A stretch of DNA of 61,422 nt, the filler included, from Sphacelaria rigidula (Eukaryota), in the NCBI GenBank assembly GCA_964200075.2. It is 8 parts of 8 records of this genome, joined end to end, with 100 filler letters (N's around TTAATTAATTAA, not from the genome) between each part and the next. Parts side by side here need not be neighbours in the genome. Positions count along the whole stretch, not along the records: positions 23,075 to 30,664 come from CAXNAA020014194.1; positions 30,765 to 38,354 come from CAXNAA020014195.1; 6 more parts are not named here. The stretch is one strand, 5' to 3'. The notes under the pieces were generated by a model, which was not told where the DNA came from, did not search any database, and saw only the letters and a list, made by a program, of their open reading frames with translations. The translations under genes and the position numbers were made by a program. Shown here piece after piece: positions 23,144 through 36,200 of this stretch. Position 1 is the first letter of the stretch, and each line of letters opens with the position of its first letter.

Positions 23144-26100
23144 AACAGTAGTGGTCAACGGTCAAATAACAAAGGCAAGCAACAAATGAGTACGCTCCCC
23201 CCCCCTCCCGCTTGATTCCTTCTGTGCCTCGGGTACCGGTCGCTCCATCAATGTGTCAGAGAGCAAGCATGACCCATTTGCGGGTGGGAGAAATGTGAGC
23301 GTCGCTTCCAGTACTTGGAACGACAACCGATAACCGTAACTCACGATAGTGGCATAAAAGAGCGACAACTGTAACATTCGGAGGCTTCATGTAAAAAGAT
23401 TACCACAACAGAGTAGATCATAACACTCGCACAGTTACGCGTGGGAATCTCAAAATAGTACACCGCCACTAGACTGCGGTTCAGACTACTTACTGCTCCC
23501 AAGCCTCACGGGTGACACACAACAACCATCGAAAACATAAAGTAGAGGTACAGCACAGTCGCGTGTACGCCACTCAGGCACAGGGGAGGGCACCTGCGTG
23601 AATGCACGCGCTGAGGGACATTTCGGCACAAGACTATCTCCAGTAGGGGACCAAATTAAAAGTCACCACGCGACATGTGACGCGCTAGGAAAAAAAAACG
23701 AGACACCTGCAAGGTATCAAAGCACATATGGCTCTGCGAAGGGAAACAGAGCATTTGTCGGAGGCAAGCACGGATTTGAAAACCGCCAAATCCCAGACCA
23801 GCACTACTTTGTGGAGACATGTACGTAATTGCTGGGTTCAGTTGTCGAGATGACCTCTGCCCCTCCACTCCCCCCGAGATCACCCCCTACCAAGAGGGAA
23901 GAAATACCGCGTGGACCATGGAACACGTGTATGGATGCCGCGGCGCACCAGATTTGTCAACGCCGTTGATAATCAACTCCGCGGTCTCTTACACAGATGA
24001 ACATCAACCCACTTGGTTTTGCTCCTGAGAGGAAACATCATACGATTTGCAACCGTTATTCCGGTAATTCCAGCCGGAGCACTTCGCCGGTCATTCGCTC
24101 GTTATAGAGACTTCATTTTTGAGCTGAGAAGAGATGTCCGAAGAGAACAGGTCACCGTCTCGGCTCAAAAGCTGTCACGTGGTATCCCTCATCAGCCTTG
24201 CATGCTTTCCATCTTTTCGTCTATTGCTTCCATGTTCTCTTTCAAGGCCTGTTATCAACAAGTACGTGAGAAAACACAGGCCGGTGATTCGGGGCAAGCA
24301 AACAAGAAGAATCGTCTTTGACACCGATCATGATTATTTCAATTCCACGCCACAGCTTACCCTCACAAGCATGCAAGGTCAATGAATCTGGGGAATGCGC
24401 TGCCGCCTTGCACCTCAAAGGGGTATCTCTGTACGTATACCTGCTTCTCTAGTACGCGGGACCAATCGAGAAAGACGGAATTAAACCAGACATCCCTGAG
24501 ATCGGGTGTGCCCATGTCCGAGCTCAACGCAAAAGCCCGTACCGAGGCGGGCGGCGTTCGATTCGGACGGACATGAGCCCAAGTCTTCGTTGCGACAGAA
24601 GAATCACAATTTGTAGACGAAGTCGGTTAACGAGAAGTACGAGAAGATGGCCCACAAGAACGACACTCCGCTACCTTCACAAACAAAAACGCATTCTGCA
24701 CACGGTACGTATCAAGTACAGTGTTGTTCCTTTTCCAGTAATATGGAGGCTGTATTCTGGGAGATTAGGCTCAGACGCTAAAGCACAGCACACCTAGCGT
24801 GTGATGATGCTAAAAGTTCACTCATGTGTGCCGCAGGTAGGTGTTGACGCAGCAGATTCGGCGACCAACAGCGTTCTGTGCGCTGCGTGACTTGAAAGGA
24901 TGATCATGCACCATGCTGCGATGATTCCGAAAAATAGATCATTTTGTCATGACAATCCCAGAGGGGGACGAAAAGAAATCCTTGCGGAGGCAGCGGCAGA
25001 TCTCCCCGGCATTGTCGGTCAAGTCGGCCCCTTGTGGGTCCAGGCTGGCAGCAACACCGGAAAGAACCACCAGGAAAGGTTTGCTATACGTCAGAGGCAG
25101 CTGCCCTTGGGTCTTACACGCCGTGTCGAGCAAGACACGGCCGTACAGGGCAGGCGAGAAGAGTGCCTTCGGCAAAGGACCACTGCGGACCTGTTCGAGG
25201 AAGGGGAAACGTCTCCTTCCAAATAGTGCCAGACTCAGCGTGGCCGTCACCAACACGGTCTGGAAGGGACAGGGGCGGTTGCTGTAGTTTTCTTACACTA
25301 AAGTCTACGGGAAATTCTGATTTCGCACGCTGCAACGCGCCTGTCGTGATCGCCCTTTTGAGGAGTTTCCTACAATTTCTCTTGGTTCCAGAATAGCACC
25401 AAGTGCAAGTTGCGTTTCGATTTTTCTTCACGGATAGATCACGGGTATTGCAGCCCTGCCCAGGCGTGATTCAAATCATACACCCAGTACTACACTACTC
25501 CTTGTACTGCCACTAGGAACACACAGTACCAACTTCGTCGGGTATTACCGTGTCGGGATACATATCGTAAAATGAACGCTTCCCCACTCCGCAGCGATAG
25601 ACGTCCTTTCCCATCCGGCTGCCAAATGCGACGGCGTAGGTCTGTAGCGCCGGGTATCCGTGCTGATGTGGACACTTCTCATCCAAGAACGTCTGCCCCC
25701 TTTAGTCTCAGCATATTTTAGGCCTTGGAGCATGACGGTTTCTCACTAACGTCGTGAATGATCAATTATAGCCGCTGTAAAACGCCTCCATAATACGGTA
25801 AAGGAACAGCACTGAGTACTTGTCTAGACTCTCATGCCGGGCAAACAATCCCCCCCCCCCGCGTGCGCGGTGCTCCGTTTCGAAAGGGATACGTGGTCAA
25901 TGGTCAAACAACTAAGGCATTCAACAAATGAGTACGCCCCTCCTCCCCCCCCGCGCGCCCCTTCCCCTTGTTATGACCCCCGGTTCCTTGAAACGCTTCT
26001 GACGTACGAAGTCCTAGCTAAGTCCTTCGAAAAATTTCGCAACCGCAAATACTGGCTATCGCTCCGGTGTGGGCACCACTGCAGGCACTTCATACCTCCG

Positions 26101-26241
26101 AACCGCCATAGGGGATCAGTTTCCAACAAGGCACAGCAGATTTTACCCGCACGAGGGAATCCAACGCAGTCAAACTAGCACTTCGCGTGGACACCATGAT
26201 GTTGACAGACGGCTGTCAAGGGAAGCGAAAAGGATCCTCAC

Positions 26242-26382
26242 CTCCCACTGGTCTGCCTGGAGCGAAATTCCCTTCTTCCCCGGCTTCAACTCGCCGGTGT
26301 TCTTGTCCTCATAGTATTCTCGGATATCGATCAGCGTCATGCCCTTGAATTCACGTACGTCCACGAACTTCATCTTTCCGAG
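26242..26382 (-). CDS. PC4/Sub1 (transcriptional coactivator p15) ssDNA-binding domain exon
   Basis: CCGCAG| acceptor, 47 codons [47 protein letters not shown], |GTGAGG donor. Carries the PC4 signature F.G...IDIREYY...PGKKGISL...QW. Confidence 0.93.
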
Positions 26383-27475
26383 CTGCGGAGCCGGCAAGCC
26401 ACCAACATATACACACATATATCGGGGGAAAGTGTTGGTTCTTCCTTTTGCGACCACGCGTCGTTCGGAAGGAGCGTGGGTTGAGATAATGACGGGTATT
26501 TTTATTTCATCTGTCCAAGAAAAAATGCCTGAACCAGTCGCGTCGCGGTGCAAAGAGCCGAGTTCGTCCTTCTGCCGTAGTATTTCATAGCGATTACTTC
26601 AAAGCTTAAAAGTATATACGCGATGGGTTCGAAATTTTCCACATCCTGGACAATATACGGTCAAAAGATACAAAAGACGAGAAGTGTACGGCATAACGAA
26701 AAGGCCTATTACAACTATTGGCGGCCGACAATAGTCGCAATAGGCCTATACTTTATGCAGTACGTTTTTTGTCTATTGCATTTATTGACCATATGTTGTC
26801 CAAGGTGTGAATTTTTCTGCGGTTCATGTTCACGGTTGTATGCCGTTATTCTCTTGGTACGGCCACCTCTGTAGAAAGAGTCTTATTCGAGTCACACGCC
26901 ACAGGTGAAGAAGCCCATTTTGTCGACATGGATGCACGGATACCCCTAATACTCGACCCCACAGCCAATAAAGCCGGATCGAACGTGGTGGCATGCCGTC
27001 ACCACCGCCAATCCCGAATTGCTTTCAGGCGCTAGCTGGATCGCGCTAGCAGTACGATTTTTGAAAACATCGCCACCGGCTGATTTACGGAAGGAACGCA
27101 GATTATTCTTGGCCAACAATATCTCTGCGCACTCCTCAGTCTGTAGGGGGCAACGTGGCGTGCCCTTGTCTTTAGCGCCGGCCCATTTTTGGGCGCTAGC
27201 GACTTGCGAAACAGGGGGTCTCCAGATGTGTAGGGTTGAGTGTAGGTGAATATACGAAGTCCAACTGCACTGCTATTTTGGGGTCTTGTAAATGCACCGC
27301 ATGTTATTTCACCTCATACGAACAGCCCTGTGTATCTATCCAGCGTGAAGCCGCTGAAAGGATAGGTGGCGATTCGAAGCTTGCACAAAGGTGAGAAGAT
27401 GTCCTAACGTGAGGAAGGAGGGTTTAGGCATACATAGTATCGCTTACAGCTGACGGAGTGCGATTTGGTTGCCAA

Positions 27476-28550
27476 TTTCTTGGGGTCACAAGGTGGCGGG
27501 AGTCCAGATTCTCGGAATAGTTTCACCTTTGCTCAAAAGTTCGTGCTGGTTTCGAGAACTCGAAGGCAAGATTTCACGCATGCATTGCTGGAGGCGAGCC
27601 CGATGTTACCAGTGTCTAGACGGCCGGATTTTCGGATTTTCGGTTGGTTTCACGGGTGTCCTGTGGTAACTGCCAGAAGTCCATTTTCTCGGAACGATTT
27701 TACACTCGCTCGAAACCTCACGCCTGATTCAGGAGTTACAAAACGGAATATCACAAACGTGAAACTGGAGGCAAGCTTGAGGTCTCCAGTTTCTGGTTGG
27801 TCGGCGATTCGGTCGGTATATCCTGTTATTGGGGTCACCAGCCCCAGGAAGCCCAGATTCTCCAAAAGGTTATGCTTGTTCAAAACCCGTCACCAGATTT
27901 TGGAGTTAGGAGATCAAATTTCACGTATGTGTTCCCCAAGATACGCCCAATGTCGTCCTTCACGAGCGGGTCGGCGCTCCGGTAGTTTTGACCGGTATTT
28001 TGGGGTCATAAGCCGCCGGCAGTGCCGAGCAACCCACGTTTCTCGGGAACAGTTTCACGTTAGCTCAAAAACCTCACGCCAGGTTTGAGAGTTAAGAGGC
28101 GGGGGACCAAATATAATCAACGTGTTTACGAAGATACGCCTGTGGTCACCGGTACCGAGTTTGTCGGCTTTTCGGTTGATTTGCCCGGTTTGTTGGGGCC
28201 ACAGGGCACCGGAAGTGCCCGGTAACCACGGATTTTCGGAATAATGTGCATTTGGTCCAAACCGCACGCCGGCTTGGAGGGTCAGGGCATGTAGTTTTAC
28301 ATACGTGTTTTTGAAGGTGAGGTCGCCAGTATCGTGTCGGTCGGTGTTCCGTTCGGTATCACGTCTACATTGGTTCCCAAGCTGTCAGATATGACCGGGG
28401 ACCCCAAGAAACCTGTGAGATCGAACGAAACACCGACCGGCACGATCCCGGCGACCTCGGGCTTACCGGCAGGAGCACGTGCGTAAATTTTTTTATCAAA
28501 ACTCTTAAACCCGGCCTAAGGTTCGCCCGTCCAGCAAATTCTGGTATTTT
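27476..28550. repeat. Diverged tandem array of about five 170-190-bp units ending in a fold-back, inside the PC4 intron
   Basis: Recurring TTGGGGTCAC...TTCTCGGAA...AAACCTCACGCC...GGAGTTA at ~27476, 27655, 27826, 27996 and 28190. Inverted repeat at ~28318-28458. Confidence 0.6.
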
Positions 28551-28584
28551 CCCGTTAAATCAGCCTCTAAGCGGCTTGTCGTAC

Positions 28585-28779
28585 CTCGATCTTCTCCTCG
28601 ACGTTCTTGGCCTTTCCCGTATTTCCTGCCGACTTCTTGTCGCCTTTGGGAGATTTTGCCTTTTTTTTCTTAGATTCAGGCTTCTCTCTCTCCCGCTCGT
28701 CATCATCATCGTCTTCTTGATTTTCTTTCGTGGGTGCCGGCTTGACCTCCTCTTCCTCCGCACTGCTACCTTCCGCGTC
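28585..28779 (-). CDS. Upstream acidic/lysine-rich exon of the PC4-like gene
   Basis: AAGCAG| acceptor (choice uncertain), 65 codons DAEGSSAEEEEVK...KKKKAKSPK...EEKIE, |GTACGA donor. Phase 0, matching the PC4 exon. A K/E-rich N-terminus is typical of PC4. Confidence 0.75.
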
Positions 28780-31700
28780 CTGCTTTGAGTTGACGATCGG
28801 CGTCACTGTGAGATACTCGGGGGCTGTGCCATTCTTAGGTCATGCCCATCACACGATAACTAGAATTTGTTGACCATACGGCCACGAAGCGTTTATGGAT
28901 CGTTACTGCAGGGAATCTCGTAACCTGTAAACAGTTTTCATCGACCCCACTCGACTGGGAGTTGTTTTGGGCGCGACCTATTTGCAGGTGGGGTATGCAA
29001 ATAAGAGCGAGCAGGTCGCGAACACCTCAAGAGCCAAATCCGCAAAAAAAAAAAAATTAGGTGCCGAACAGACTAAACAACAATCGTACTCCACAGCAGC
29101 TTACAGCAGGGCAGTAACACCGAACAGATTCTTCTTGTAATAGGGCAGGATACCGCAAACGTGGGCGTTGATGAGTCCTCTGCTCGACATTACCGGGAAT
29201 AATGAAGTGAATCGTGTTTGTTTCAAGCACCTCTTTGAGGCAATTCCTTACAAGAACAAAAAGAATGTTGATGCTGCGGCGTCACGGACAACAGGTCATC
29301 AGCTGAGTGTTCAAACGCAATCCTGTCATGTGTGTGTGCGATTACGTAGCCACAACTGACAGTAGTATAATAGTATTACACAGTACAGGGCTTGTTGTGC
29401 TCTGTACAGTTGACTAGTACGATACAGGAACACTCCTATACTACTACTCGTGCCGCCGCCTCGATAGCCTGAACGATACACGGTATGTACAGACAGCGTG
29501 GTGTCTTGTACAATAGCAGTGCAACAGGCGGTATTCTCGATAGCAAGCAGCTAATGTGCACAACAGACGGTGTGTTCGCAGAGCATTCATTCAACCGAAC
29601 ATGGGCGGTGCTTGGTTGACCAAGAACCCAGTACGACTGTTGGCATGTCAAAATCGAGTAGAGAGCTCATCGCTGCCGACGTATTTAGTCTCCTGCCCTA
29701 CGACAAGATCTTTTCTTGCCTGCCCTGCTGTGGACTGTTGTGGAGTGCGACTGACCGTTGCTTCGTGTGTGCATCATTCCGAATTAAAATTGGGTTTATT
29801 GTGCATTTGGTTTTGGAGGCGTTCGCGACCTGCTCACTTTCATTTGCATACCCCACCTGCATATAGGTAGCGTCGTTGTTTTGAGGTCAGTTCCTGCAAG
29901 ACCAGCATATAGACATGAAGCCCGTAAGGGACACACCTCGAAGCATGCATGGGCTCCCACGGGTTCCTATTCTCGTACCATCACGGACACATCACTGACT
30001 ACGAGGTAGCCCATTTATCAGTTCCAGCAAGCACTGAGTATAACTTTCTCCCTGTGACATCTTTTTTGCCATTTAGCAATATATCATAAATTGGTCAAAA
30101 CCCACAGTAAGTCAGTAAAAAGGCATCTGCAAACAGCTGCATAGTTAAGGACCAATCGAAAATGGATAACTGGTTCGGCGACCTGATCTTCCCCTACACC
30201 CTTTCTGTAGGATGAGGCGTGGTCCCTGTCAAAATCCAAAACTCGGTCGCCTCAGTTGCTTGCATATTAACATCAACGCGATCATTCTGACTCGCGGTCA
30301 ACTCGTACTCATCTGTCGAAAATACACCCTCGCTGCGAGTGAGTCCAGTTCCAAAGGCCTACTGTTGACTGTTGACAGCCTAATTACTTTGATTTCAAGT
30401 ACACCTCACCCCGCCCTCAGTTACAAACTTTGTCACCAGGGTGTGTTAAACCCCATTACCTAAATCAATTGTGTTGCGGGATGTTGGGAAAATGTAGACT
30501 AATGCCTGTTTCATGTTCTTAGTGCTAAAAGGCCACTTCTCATAGACTGAAAAAAAATCTGTCTGAGAACTGCCCTTTTGAACCTTTCATCACGTTGTTT
30601 GTTTGTTTGTTTGTTTTTCTTTCTTTTCTCTCCCCGTTGAACTCGGGGGAGCTACTTCTCACCGNNNNNNNNNNNNNNNNNNNNNNNNNNNNNNNNNNNN
30701 NNNNNNNNTTAATTAATTAANNNNNNNNNNNNNNNNNNNNNNNNNNNNNNNNNNNNNNNNNNNNGTGACCACGGGTTCGAGAGATCGAGCTAATGTGATG
30801 GATATAATAATAATATAATAATAACTACCCGTTGTCCCAAGATAGAGATGATGTGTGTGCGCGCTGGGGGGAGGGGGCGGGTGGTATTGGTCTTGGGAAG
30901 TTTATCCTGTATTTTACCATTCCCTCTCGACAAGGCAAAGTGAAACTATGGTTGTACTCTTTAGTTTTTTCTGGTTCAGTACTAGTTGTACTCCTTCTCC
31001 ATGATCAGGGGGTGTTATACAACGTCACATACAGTTTCTCATGTACAGTACAGGTATAACGTACATCACTGCATAACATACGCATCTCAGTGAGTAGGAG
31101 ATAACAAGAAGCTCATTGAACCATATGTAGGAGCTGGCTGTACTCGGATTCTGCCGAGAAGATAAGCGTGGTAGATTGTTTGGGTGTCCTGCATTAACCG
31201 ATACCCGAGGATCCCAGCCGTGGTGACGAGACAGACGCACTCAACGCGAACAGAACGGAAGCACCTGCGGAAATAAAAAAAATAAAAAATGGGAAAAGAA
31301 GGCAAGTGCATGCACGTAATAGCAAGTCTGCCGTGCAGACAGAAAAATGCATGTATATGATCACATGAACGCACTCGTCTCTTCAGTGAGCGTTTTGCCG
31401 TATTAGGTCCAACCAGCAGGAACAAGATGACGGGTTGCTTTTTTATACCATATCCTCCCAGCTGCATTTTTTAAAATCACAGCAACAGCAAACGTTCAAA
31501 TGTTTGAAAACACAAACTACGATACTCATGTTACTTGAGTGAATCGGCGGGAGAGATATCAAGCTACAGGACTGACTGGCTCACTGTACCGACGTCGCCA
31601 TTCTTTATAATGCCTTTGCGACAGCTTCCGACAGGAATAGCACCTGACAAAACTTGCGCATATGGCTCGAACTCTCCTCACCTCCTTCGCTTATATAAAT

Positions 31701-32281
31701 TTGATCAATTTGAATAGGAATGAATGACGGTATATAACACCCCCGTAGAATCATGAATTTCCCTAACTCGATTTGATGAAAATCTACGGTCACTTCGTCA
31801 CTTACGGCCACTCCGGTGATACCTTTATATCCGTGGTGGGATCAAGTCTAGGTATACGATATACTAGAAAATACGGATACACCTCGAGTGCGCGACGCAC
31901 ACACGGCTGAGAGCTACTAATCTCGGCCCTAATCTCGGGTCTGGCGGCTGAGACCGTCTTATAAAAAAAAATCGACTCGAAAGCATGCGGTCGAACCGAA
32001 TTGGTCGCTACGAGGCCGTATCAGATACGTCCACGGCATTGATGCTCTCAGACGGCTTCAAGTCCATTTTATAATTAGTTGCGCGCGACGGGCAGGGTCA
32101 AAAACAGAAAAGCTCGGGGTCTGTCTTACGGTAGCACTTTTTTTTTGATCGAAAAAATGGGGCGGTGGAATCGATCTGAGCGAAATTTTCTCGTTTTGAT
32201 GCAGTTGGGTCCAGATGGATTTTCAAGCTTTCCATTGACAAAATACAGTGAAATTCGTGAAACGGCACATGGTCACTCGTG

Positions 32282-34425
32282 TACAGTATAGACAGTCTGT
32301 ACTGTCTGCGCTGCTTGCAAGCAGGGTGTCTTGAGTGTGTGTGTGTGTGCGTGTTTCGTGCAGGAGGATATAAAAGAGAAGCGGGCAATGTACAGTACAG
32401 ACCGCCCAGGACTATCAGTTCTCTCTGCTTACAATGCGACGTGAGAAACACTTCAGTAACGTGCAGCTTTGTACTGCCTGCACTGTCCGTGAGCGAGCAC
32501 GCAACTCGGTTGCCCACCGTACCACGCAGTTCCGTCGCTGATGCCTACCATGAGAGAAGATGCGCAAGTTTTCGCCAACGAAAAATAAACAAAGCACACC
32601 CGACTACTGCAGTGTATCTATCCCTGTGCCCAACTCGTGCCCTATGCTGTGGGGTTGCGGTGGTAGCTGAGAATGAGTTGGATGGAGTTTGCATGGTCCT
32701 GTGAACAGCAGGCTTTTGCTTGTTATGCGCACAGATAATTTCGCATAAAACGGGGGTTTGCGCATAAGCATATGCGTTCTCTGAAAAAAATATGCTTTTG
32801 GAGATTTCAGCATAACAAAGGCATAAAGGCTGAGTTTTACGCATGACTTGGCGCATATAGTACTCCAACGGGATTATGCACCCCATGTTCAGCAGCTTGT
32901 ACCTGCCCACGGGTGCTCCATGTGGCGTGGTTCGCGGAGTCGTGGCGTTTGTGCTCGTAATTTTTTTTTTGGGTTTGTTGCGGGTCTGATACCGCTTCTG
33001 GTTTTGTGTGTGAGCTACTCTATCTTCCTGTGAAACTGATGCAAAATAAGTGTGTCATTTTTCACACCAAACAGCAGCTCCCGTCACAATGTCACACGCC
33101 AAACAGTCCAATCCACAACTGTACAATGTACAGCGCACAGAACACAGTGCACTGACAGTACAGCAGTGAGCACTACACTACTCTGGCAGAGCAGAAAGAG
33201 GTCGAGGTGACCGAGGTGCGGACTCTGGCGCCCCAACAGCGCGACGCGAAGGAGACCGCTGAGGAGCAGAGGGCGAGAGAAGGAGCGCAGAACTTTCATC
33301 ATTTTATTTATGTTTTTTTCTTACTTTTTATTTTTTATTATTATTCCCGTTATGGCCTTCGAAACTAAAGAACGAAGAAAAAACCGAGCGAGCCTTCCTT
33401 CCAAGCAATCGTGAAATCTCGAAATGTTCAACGTGCAGTCTTGTTTTTTTGCTGGAAGGCACGTTCCATGGGCGGTGCCGCCAGGAACCCGCCAGGAAGC
33501 ACCTCAAGAACGACGCGAAAATGGCGCATAAGTCGCGCATACTTCACCAAAATACGCATAGATCGGAGTATAATGTTCACTTTTGAGCATGAGAGAAAAT
33601 TAAGAAAACGCGCATAAAAAAAAATAATGCGCATGAGAAGCAAAAGCCTAGTGAACAGGTGTTAGTTGGCGTGGTGTTCTGTAAGATAGGAGTCAAGTGC
33701 CGCGTCGTGCCTTTTGACCGCATGTTTTCGATCGAAAACGATTGATTTTTACGAGTACCTCCTTGCATTCCTCTCCCATCGCCGCTAATTATAATTCTGA
33801 GTTGGAGCCTTCAAGGAACATAAATGCGGTGGACCTACCCGATCGGAAAAAAATCAAAATCGACCGCACTTTTTCGATCGAAAAAAAAAGTGCCAAGACA
33901 CGGCCTCACAGTACAGTAGCTTTTTCGAGCGAAACGAGCGGCGGAATGAACGAAGCGACACGTATGTCCTGTACTGCAGATAACCGTGCCAGATACTACC
34001 CTTTCACAGAATTACGCAACACCCATATGGTTCATTCGCAGCTACCTACGCAACCCTGCGGTATAGATCGCGAACTGAGCGCAGGGATACATACACTGCT
34101 GTGATAGGAAACCGACACCACCACACTTGTGGCATGATGTGTTCTTGCTGGCGATAACTTGGGCATCTAATTCTGTGGCAGGGTCCACCGCCTGAGTCGC
34201 GTGTTGGGGTGGGCGATCGAATTGCCAACGCGCTCATGGACAGTAGAGGCGGTGCAAAACTGCTCGTGGTTCAAATCTGCTTCGCTTCCTCCTATATGCA
34301 GAGAGTCAGAGAGCTGTGCTGTCCGTATATCGCGTTGCCCGCTTCTTTTCCACATCGCGCCTGTATGCCGTGCGAAACACACACACTATCTATTAATAGA
34401 CAGTACAGGTCGCCACTACTGTACA
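32282..34425. mobile_element. Non-autonomous element with ~420-bp diverged inverted arms, hosting nested insertions
   Basis: ~32285-32705 is the diverged reverse complement of ~34000-34410. Boundaries approximate. Confidence 0.6.
32709..33650. mobile_element. Non-autonomous hAT element (942 bp) with GCGCATAA subterminal repeats
   Basis: TIR CAGGCTTTTGCTTGTTATGCGCA...TGCGCATGAGAAGCAAAAGCCTA. Perfect 8-bp TSD GTGAACAG at 32701-32708 and 33651-33658. Confidence 0.88.
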
Positions 34426-34457
34426 GTTAGTAGTACGGTCTGTACTGCAGTATATTT

Positions 34458-36200
34458 CAAGGTCGTGTCCTGTAGGGTACGGTTTTCTGTATACCCAGGG
34501 TATTCCCCCGGGTATTCACCGTACCCAACAGTTCTGTGACTTCTGTAAGACTTTCATACCGGTACCCGACAGTTCTGTAATCTCTGTAAGACTTTCGTAC
34601 CCTTACCCGATGGTTCTGTAATCTCTGTAAGACTCCCGTACCGTTACCGGAGGCTCGGGTACGCTCTTGGTAGGATACCTGATTGCGGGTACGGTTTTTT
34701 GTGCAACCTCCATACTCCACCCGATAGTTTCTGTAACTTCTGTGAGCCTCCTATACCCTTACCCGACAGTTAAGAATTGCGTGAGTTCTGCTCTGTACAT
34801 AATGTTTACCCGCACCTGGAGCGCGGATATGCTCTTGAAGAAATACGCGATTGCCGGTACCGGTTTTCTCTAAGCCTCACGCACCGTACCCGACAAGTTC
34901 TGTAATTTCTGTAAGACATTCATCCAGGACCGGTACCCGACAGTTCTGTGAGCTTTGGAAGCCTCCCATACCCCTACCCGGGGTTAGGGTATGCCGTTCT
35001 AGATATACCCGATTGCAGGTATGAGCACAGGTATATATACCTTGGGGAGGTGCGGATGTACGTTCAATCCAAACACAACCTCATGACCTGAACATGTACC
35101 TCCCATCGATCAACCCACGTACCCAACTCTTTTTTTGAAAACTCCACACCAACAATGATTCAATGTTGAAGTTCTTTAGTTTGGGATCTGATGGGATACG
35201 AGGTACCGCTGAGTGAAAACATGAAACTTGAGCAGCGCTGCAGACCTTCAGGACGGATCGCCCCAAGACTCGAGTGGTGGCTCGAGCGGGGGCGGTTGAT
35301 AATACCCCCAGAGGATCAAGTAGCAAAACGCACGTCATCGACGTTGTTGATGGTGGTTTTGTCGTGGTCATCAAACCCCAGGCCGCTATTGACATGTAGC
35401 ACAGAGTATGAGCTGCCACCGAAAGTCGTCAAGGCCGTCGGCGATTTTGTCTCGTGCCGAAGGGGTTTCAGAGAGGGGGCAGCCGTCGATGCTCCTTCAT
35501 GTACCCTCTGGGAGTGTACGTGAAGCCGATAGATGTTGACGATGCCGTGCACTTGTACGACTGCGATTGTTCGTGTAGTCTTTCTCTGTCAACCCCGTGA
35601 AGCTGTTCAGAGTTTTCGTGAACTGTCGTCTGCATTTCGCCACTGTTGTAGTGACGTCGGTCCCACCACAGGGGTGATGACAGGGGTGATGAGAATACCA
35701 CGGTCGTGTTTTGTAGAGTTCGGTTTTCTGTACGAGTATACCCGGGGTATTCCGGGTATTTATCGTACCCGACAGTTCTGTAAACTCCGGAAGACCTTCA
35801 TACCCGTACCCGGTAGTTCTGTGAGTTCTGTAAGCTTACCGTTCCGTTACCGAGGGGCACGGGTATGCTCTTAATAAGTTACCCGGTTGCGGGTACAGTT
35901 TTCTGTACAACCCCCATACCCTACCCGACAGCTTCTGTGAGTTCTGTAAGCGTCCCATACCGTCACTCGACAGTTCTGTAAGTTCTGTCCAAGAACTTCA
36001 TCCTAACCCGAGGGGCGGTTATGCCCTAAAAGAGTTACCCGATTGCCGGTACCGGTTTTTCTGCAAGCCTCTCATACCAGCACCCGACAAGTTCTGTTAT
36101 TTCTGTGAGACTTTCATACCGGTACTCGACAGTTCTGTAATTTCTGTAACGAATCTCATACCCTACAGAACGTACCCGTACCTTACAGAACATAACCTTG
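34458..36200. mobile_element. Composite non-autonomous hAT-like element (1743 bp) with GTACCCGACAGTTCTGT repeats
   Basis: Ends CAAGGTCGTGTCCTGTAGGGTACGG...CCGTACCTTACAGAACATAACCTTG. TSD GTATATTT / GTATATTC (7 of 8 match). Repeat blocks 34458-35044 and 35699-36200 flank unique DNA. Confidence 0.75.

Noticed and set aside
24490..24705. HMG-box-like words (PMSEL..., EKYEKMA)
   Set aside because: An in-frame stop intervenes, the conserved Trp is absent, and I found no consistent exon chain.
34500..36190. CRISPR-like repeated units (also 17650-18240 and 45770-46044)
   Set aside because: Units are degenerate and abut without unique constant-length spacers, no cas genes are present, and two of the arrays sit within TIR/TSD-bounded elements in eukaryotic DNA.
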